Made by a program: the position numbers and the translations under genes
Notes under the pieces: model-generated
What the model saw: the letters and a program-made list of their open reading frames with translations, nothing else
Told to the model about the DNA's origin: nothing
The model's database searches: none
In this document: piece after piece, positions 37,815 to 44,190 of the stretch
Layout of the letters: each line of letters starts with the position of its first letter
How positions within the stretch are numbered: position 1 is the stretch's first letter
Assembly: GCF_001194135.2 (NCBI RefSeq)
Contig: NC_069002.1
Coordinates: forward strand, 1,020,079 to 1,064,268
Direction of reading: 5' to 3'
Source of the DNA: Octopus bimaculoides
Lineage: Eukaryota
DNA: 44,190 nucleotides

Positions 37815-37985
37815 TGTTGTGGTACGTAGTTGGGGCCGTTATCATCCGAAGGTTCGAAATCCTGTCTTGGTTAAGTTTATTTTTTATTTCCCTGGGGTCG
37901 ATAACGTACCGAAACATTACAGAACTGCGGTATAGTCTTTCGACTATTCATCCCCTCTAAACTTGCCTTCGTGTTAGAAACAATT
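37815..37985 (+). mobile_element. Highly diverged SINE, family B-like
   Basis: GGTTCGAAATCC B-box, then CCCTGGGGTCGATAA.GTACC and TTCGACT...CCCCTCTAAA, resembling 26530-26630. Confidence 0.5.
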
Positions 37986-38011
37986 CACTCTCCCCCCTCT
38001 CTCTCTCTCTT

Positions 38012-38069
<58 letters not shown>

Positions 38070-39035
38070 GAGAGAGAGAGAGAGAGAGAGAGCGAGTGAG
38101 AATTCATTCTTACCGATCTGTGAAAGACGAATTTCGTATTCGTAACTGACAATATGCAATGACAAAGAAATGCGTGCATCTATCGATCCAGTTACATCAT
38201 TTATTGTCCAGTATGTTCTAACATATTTTGTCTGAACTCAGAATGCAAACAACTGGAGCAGACAGCCCAAGGCATCCCGTTTAACTCTATAACAGTCCAA
38301 CAAATACATCGCTTTTAACTGACATTTTTAAAAATTTGAATCCTGTGAAAAAATAAAATCAAAATTCACCTTTGCGATATTTGAAGACAGACCGTAGAAA
38401 GCTGTAACAAATACCTTGAAATCTCTTGCATCCGATGCCGTAACGGTTCTACTAATCGACCAACCTTATAACTGTACCTTTTAAAAACAAAATATTAATC
38501 TAAAAAGACAAATCATTATCATATTGAAAAATAAATATACAATAGCCACATAAAAAATATTATAGTTATCATTATAAATATTTTTTAATATTAAATCAAA
38601 GCTGCGTGAGGTAGATGTATGAGTTCATTTAACCTCTATTATTTGTCCTCATTCACACGAGATCAGATTGTGATTGAGGTCAGCAGTGATTATCTAGTGC
38701 ACAGATAATACATCTCTATCTACAGCGGTTCTGTTCTGTGTGATATAGTGCATTATAGCGGTTCAATTGATCTGATGCAAAAAAACTGGGGGTTACTAAG
38801 GAAGGTCGTGTTAATATATGAATATTATAGTTATTTATTTAAATACGTACATGTATAGAAAGATAAATATAGATATACACTGAATGCATGCGTGCTTCAC
38901 TATATATATGTTTATTAATACAGGCATGTGTGTATTTGCATGTACGTATACATGTATGCATATATGAAAGTATGTAGGTATTATGTAGGTATGTTAAAAG
39001 TATGTATATTATATATGTTATATATATATATATAT

Positions 39036-39070
<35 letters not shown>

Positions 39071-39232
39071 AACAGACACACAAACAGACAGATAGATAGA
39101 CTGACAGACAGACAGGCAGACAGATAGATAGATTGATAGATAGATATGTATACATGTGTGTATAGACTTAAAATTCTACATGTATACATGCACATATGCT
39201 ACGATTATAAATATACGTCTGCGGTTCTAAAG

Positions 39233-39291
<59 letters not shown>

Positions 39292-39735
39292 CATACACAC
39301 ATATGTTTGTCTATCTATGCATCTATGTATCTGTCTATCTATTTATCTCTCTCATATATACACACATACGCATATATATATATATATATATGTATGTACA
39401 TATATATATATNNNNNNNNNNNNNNNNNNNNNNNNNNNNNNNNNNNNNNNNNNNNNNNNNNNNNNNNNNNNNNNNNNNNNNNNNNNNNNNNNNNNNNNNN
39501 NNNNNNNNNNNNNNNNNNNNNNNNNNNNNNNNNNNNNNNNNNNNNNNNNNNNNNNNNNNNNNNNNNNNNNNNNNNNNNNNNNNNNNNNNNNNNNNNNNNN
39601 NNNNNNNNNNNNNNNNNNNNNNNNNNNNNNNNNNNNNNNNNNNNNNNNNNNNNNNNNNNNNNNNNNNNNNNNNNNNNNNNNNNNNNNNNNNNNNNNNNNN
39701 NNNNNNNNNNNNNNNNNNNNNNNNNNNNNNNNNNN

Positions 39736-39788
<53 letters not shown>

Positions 39789-40038
39789 TGCGTTTGTGTG
39801 TTGTGCTTTTGTGGGTGTAAATGTGAATAGAATATCTACAGGTATATGCTCTCACTTACTATCTCTCAATTTTGCACTAACATATGCATACATCATACAT
39901 GCGTATAAACACACACACAAACACATAAATGTATTTATGTATGTATATTTATATATATACACATACATGCACACAAACATATATGCTTATCTACGTCTGT
40001 ATGAAATATCTACTTGTGTACATATGTGTTTATGTATG

Positions 40039-40116
<78 letters not shown>

Positions 40117-40195
40117 GTGTGTGTGTGTGTGTATGCGAGTATTTATATACACACACACATACATGTACATATATATACATATATATGTGTGGTAG

Positions 40196-40235
<40 letters not shown>

Positions 40236-40688
40236 TTGTATGCATTTATCCTTTCATGATTGCATGCAACAAAAACAACTATATCAATAATAAATAATAA
40301 AGCCGCCATTGCAAATCTGTTTTAAGATAATAAGAAATCTCCAAAGTTTTTTTTCCTAACATCTCCTTCTTTCGCATTCTTCTTTTTTATCTTTACCTTT
40401 TACAATTGAAAGAGAATAAACCAAACAAGATGGATTCTGTCGCTTAAAACTTCCCTCTTCAATACCTACGCCATTTTGTTTTTTACTCTGTTTTGTTTTG
40501 GTAGCTTAAATTTTTCATTAACCTTTTTGTTATCTAACCAGTTTGATTATTTTTTTTATCACATTCTTATATCTTTGTTCAATAATCTCTTTTACCAAAG
40601 ATTTTTTTTAAATATTCATTTGTCTCTAACTACGTTAAATAGTTATTGGCTCTCTATCATTCCCCATCTGCGTGCCACTCACTGCGAA

Positions 40689-40841
40689 TCTTCTTCTTCT
40701 TCTTCTTCTTCTTCTTCTTCTTCTTCTTCTTCTTCTTCTTCTTCTTCTTCTTCTTCTTCTTCTTCTTCTTCTTCTTCTTCTTCTTCTTCTTCTTCTTCTT
40801 CTTCTTCTTCTTCTTCTTCTTCTTCTTCTTCTTCTTCTTCT
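40689..40841. repeat. Pure (TCT)n, about 51 units (GAA.TTC tract)
   Basis: Uninterrupted trinucleotide run; source of the poly-S/F/L/E ORFs. Confidence 0.97.
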
Positions 40842-40963
40842 TTACTATTGCGTTTTTGTTTTCGTTGTTGTTGGAGATTGATCATGTTCATTTATTTCAC
40901 CACAGAGCACTTAAAAATACTCATATCATGCATTGATTCAGACAAAGTCCAGAAACTATTAAC

Positions 40964-40999
<36 letters not shown>

Positions 41000-42349
41000 A
41001 CACACACACACACACACATACACACACACAAGTGTGTGCATGTGGATGTGAGTGAGTGCAAAAGCCACAGGGGTTTTACCTGATTCATCCAAGGATCAAA
41101 TGTTAGCAGTCCTTGCAGATATCTGCAATGAGATTTTCTTCATGGAGCGAGAAAGTGCAAATGACACTGTCTGTGTTTTTCTTGAAACTAAGGACTTGCA
41201 AAGCGACCAGCTCAGTTGGTGTCTAACATAATTTGGGAAAGAGATCAGCGTAGATTAGAAACTTTTTTCATGTGGTCGAGTAGGAATTATCTTAAACGAA
41301 GACGAGAAAGATATTTTGTGATAAAATGTTTGGAATGATCTTCAAAGGTCTTGCATCAAATTTTTGCTTTTTAAGAATTAGAAAAATTCTCGGAAAGGTT
41401 GTCATATTACCAAAGGACCAATATCCTGCATTTCCATCTTCTAATTGTTTAAGTTTCAAAGGTCCACAGTTTCCTAATATTTGGCCGAAAATCATGAGAT
41501 CTGCATAAATATGGAGAAGAATGTTTTAAAGACACAACTGGACACTCTATTTTCCGAGATTTTAGACGATGCTCCCTCACAGATGGAAAAGCAAATGACG
41601 GCTGTGACATCGCGTTCTCTCCGTCCTTAATGACCAGCCAAAGAGGATTGGCTAAAGTTTAGAAACAAAATAGACGAAGCTCCAGCATGGTCGTTGCTCA
41701 TTGGAGGAAACAGGAGGTGAAAGAGCGTATGTAAATTTGCGTATGTTTGTGTGTGTGTGTACGTATGTATATAGCCATACAGTATAGACATATATATATA
41801 TATATATTCATAAATATGCACCCATAATACACATACATGTACACACACGCACGCACACACACATATATGTATATATGCATTAATATATATATATGGGTGT
41901 GTGTATGTATGTGTGTGTGTATGTACATGTATATGCATTTATGCAGGAGAAAAGAAAGAAGGGGGCGGGCATATAGACAGACAGGCCTATAGGAAACAAA
42001 AGCAGAATGCCGGCATTTATGAAAACAACGAAAGTTCAAAATAGAATCTCAGACACACATCTGTGGCTAATACAGGGTCCTAGTGATAGCCACACCCTTA
42101 ATTGATGTCCAACTGTGGACGAATCGGGTTACATCTTCATAAACATATTAGGACAGCGTGGTGTGGCTGTTTTCACTGCGAAATTGTTGAGTCGCTAGAA
42201 AACGTAACAAAATGGCCGCGTGGTTGCCAAAACAAACAAACGAAAAGAAAAATGATTAGGATTTCTTGCGTACAGAGACGAAGTATCTTAAAATGTTCCA
42301 AGGTTGGGCCTATAGTTGTTGTAGTTGTTGCTGTTGCTATTGTTGTCGT

Positions 42350-42500
42350 TGTTTAACCGCACCCCAGGCCACCACAGTTTGAGCAGACCTGTTATCAATG
42401 ACATTTCACACAAAACTATCGAGTTATTAATTATAAGGGACTGCATTCCTCAATGAGAGGTTTGGCTGCTATTTCTAGCAACTATATAGATCATGCAGTG
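42350..42500. repeat. Interspersed repeat fragment, probably a SINE 3' region
   Basis: Contains GAGAGGTTTGGCTGCTATTTCTAGC, whose reverse complement resembles ATAGCAGTCAAATCTCC (3395) and GCAGCCAAAATCTCC (20575) elsewhere in the window. Confidence 0.45.
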
Positions 42501-42766
42501 ACCCCTTCATTGAGTTTACTTGGATCAATGGAGAAAAAGGATTTAGCTGCTTACATCGAACCTCAGTAGTTGACAAGTATTTGATGCTAGAGACTACGAA
42601 AGTTTAAAAACAAAAATGGAAAAAGTGAAGCTGACCGTTGGATTAATTTGAACAGAGGATCACCAAGAAAATTCGTTTTTTTTTTAAATTTAAAAAAAAA
42701 AAATTTCGTATGGAATAATGGGCCAAATAGTTTTACTAGGGTCATGTGATTTATTGAGGAATAAAA

Positions 42767-43050
42767 AAAAAACGACTTGCCAGCCACCTTTCAATATTTA
42801 AATATATTCATTAACGTAAGACTACAGATCTTAGTAAACTAATTTGGCATCTCAAAGACTGTAATAAACAATTTTCTTTCGATTGGAAAATTTTATCAAG
42901 ATCATTTCCCTATGATAAAGGAAATCCTTCTGCCCTCTTTGTACGGACGAACATCAATTTATCCTTTTTTTCAAACACACACTGGTCAACACCTATAAAG
43001 AACATGTTTACAGGTGTTTATTTTGGAAAAACACTCTTCCAGTTATTTCA
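42767..43050 (+). mobile_element. Penelope-like element GIY-YIG endonuclease C-terminal relic
   Basis: Reads KRLASHLSIFKYIH*RKTTDLSKLIWHLKDCNKQFSFDWKILSRSFPYDKGN/(frameshift)FCPLCTDEHQFILFSNTLVNTYKEHVYRC. This matches the Penelope EN pattern STELSKYIWxLK...WKIL...CxLCxxEK.I...LN...E....C. One stop and one frameshift. Confidence 0.8.
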
Positions 43051-43519
43051 AATAATATCTTCCCCCCTTATCTAATAATATCTGCAACTTAATCTTTATT
43101 CTTCTACCCTATACCCCCTATTCTTTCCTTCATTTTTTTTTTACCTAACTGTCATTGACTTTCTATTTGTTTATACCTCCATTTCTCCTTTAATTCTCTT
43201 TCTCTCTTTCTCTTTTTCTCTCTTCCTTCTCTTCTTCTCTCGTCCTATGACGTCAAATTTCCTAACGTATTTTAAAATTACTAGCGTTCGCAATCCAGCT
43301 TTCTTCTCCACACACACACGCACACACACATACACACACACACATGCATATGTATATATATATATATATATATNNNNNNNNNNNNNNNNNNNNNNNNNNN
43401 NNNNNNNNNNNNNNNNNNNNNNNNNNNNNNNNNNNNNNNNNNNNNNNNNNNNNNNNNNNNNNNNNNNNNNNNNNNNNNNNNNNTGTGTGTGTGTGTGTGT
43501 GTGTGTGTGTATTTATGCA

Positions 43520-43695
43520 TGTCTTTGTGTTGGTGTCTTTACGTCCTCTCAAATTAGCGGATCGGCAAAACAGACCGATAGAAAATTACTAAGATCAAAA
43601 AAATTATGTAATTAGATCGGCTCATTTGACTAAAAATTGATCAAGGCAGTGCCCCAGCATGGCCGCAGTCTAAAAACAAGTAAACGATAAGAGGT
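43520..43695 (+). mobile_element. SINE family C 3' half
   Basis: TTGGTGTCTTTACGTCC...GGCAAAACAGACCGATAGAA...CCCAGCATGGCCGCAGTC; matches 11460-11575. The 5' half is presumably in the gap or microsatellite. Confidence 0.75.
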
Positions 43696-44065
43696 AAAAG
43701 TGAGAATTGAAGCTATATGGTATTCAATATACCTTTATTCGTGAATGTTGTACAGTTATTACTTATAATAGGTTTCTTTCCTTTCCTGTCATCGTGGTTG
43801 CTTTCTAATCGGCTTTCATATTTATACGCCAGCAGTTAATCGTTTCTCATAATTGTCTTCTTCGCTCTCCCAAGCTCCTCTTCTTCCTTCTTCTTCTTCT
43901 TCTTCTTCACTCAGTCGGCATCAAACCTGCCTCCCACGTACTTTTGTCGTCGATGTAGTTATCCGCCATCATCTTTAGCACGTTCTCCACCATTTCTCTC
44001 CTTCATTCCGCATTCTTCACCTCATCATAATCAGATACACCAACGCTGGCGTCACCAACACAACC

Positions 44066-44077
44066 GCCACCACCACC

Positions 44078-44131
<54 letters not shown>
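44066..44131. repeat. (CAC)n(CAT)n compound repeat
   Basis: Directly visible. Confidence 0.95.
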
Positions 44132-44132
<1 letters not shown>

Positions 44133-44190
44133 CATAACGATATTTTGCTATCATTTTCAAAGCGTCCATTTAGGTGTGGTTCATTTCATA

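Noticed and set aside
40679-40891. Poly-E ORF on the minus strand
   Set aside because: Translation of the (TCT)n microsatellite.

Overview
44.2 kb of AT-rich eukaryotic DNA from a gapped draft assembly: 17 N-runs totalling roughly 5.9 kb, many flanked by microsatellites. I can support no intact protein-coding gene, rRNA, true tRNA or CRISPR array. Nearly every ORF in the supplied track is a translated microsatellite (poly-YI/CV/HT/D/E/S) or runs through N's. The window looks intergenic or intronic. The density of (AT)n/(GT)n/(AAT)n/(GAT)n and the tRNA-headed SINE families suggest an octopod cephalopod (inference, not checked). Supported content: about 17 SINE copies or fragments from at least three families, a mariner transposase C-terminal fragment (34324-34459), a Penelope-like GIY-YIG endonuclease C-terminal relic (42767-43050), probable RTE-clade LINE relics, and several inverted-repeat elements. 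The most interesting signal is a set of hammerhead ribozyme (HHR) motifs that the ORF track cannot show. One is a type I HHR with an intact core and a fully foldable structure (11724-11820, +). A second is near-intact and sits inside a foldback (10483-10518, -). Four decayed relatives lie at 6101-6146, 9917-9952, 10543-10575 and 25013-25045. Four of the six lie within about 1.9 kb. HHRs in Penelope-like element pseudo-LTRs and in metazoan retrozymes are an established class, so any novelty would be in these particular families and structures, not in the class. All folds were derived by hand.
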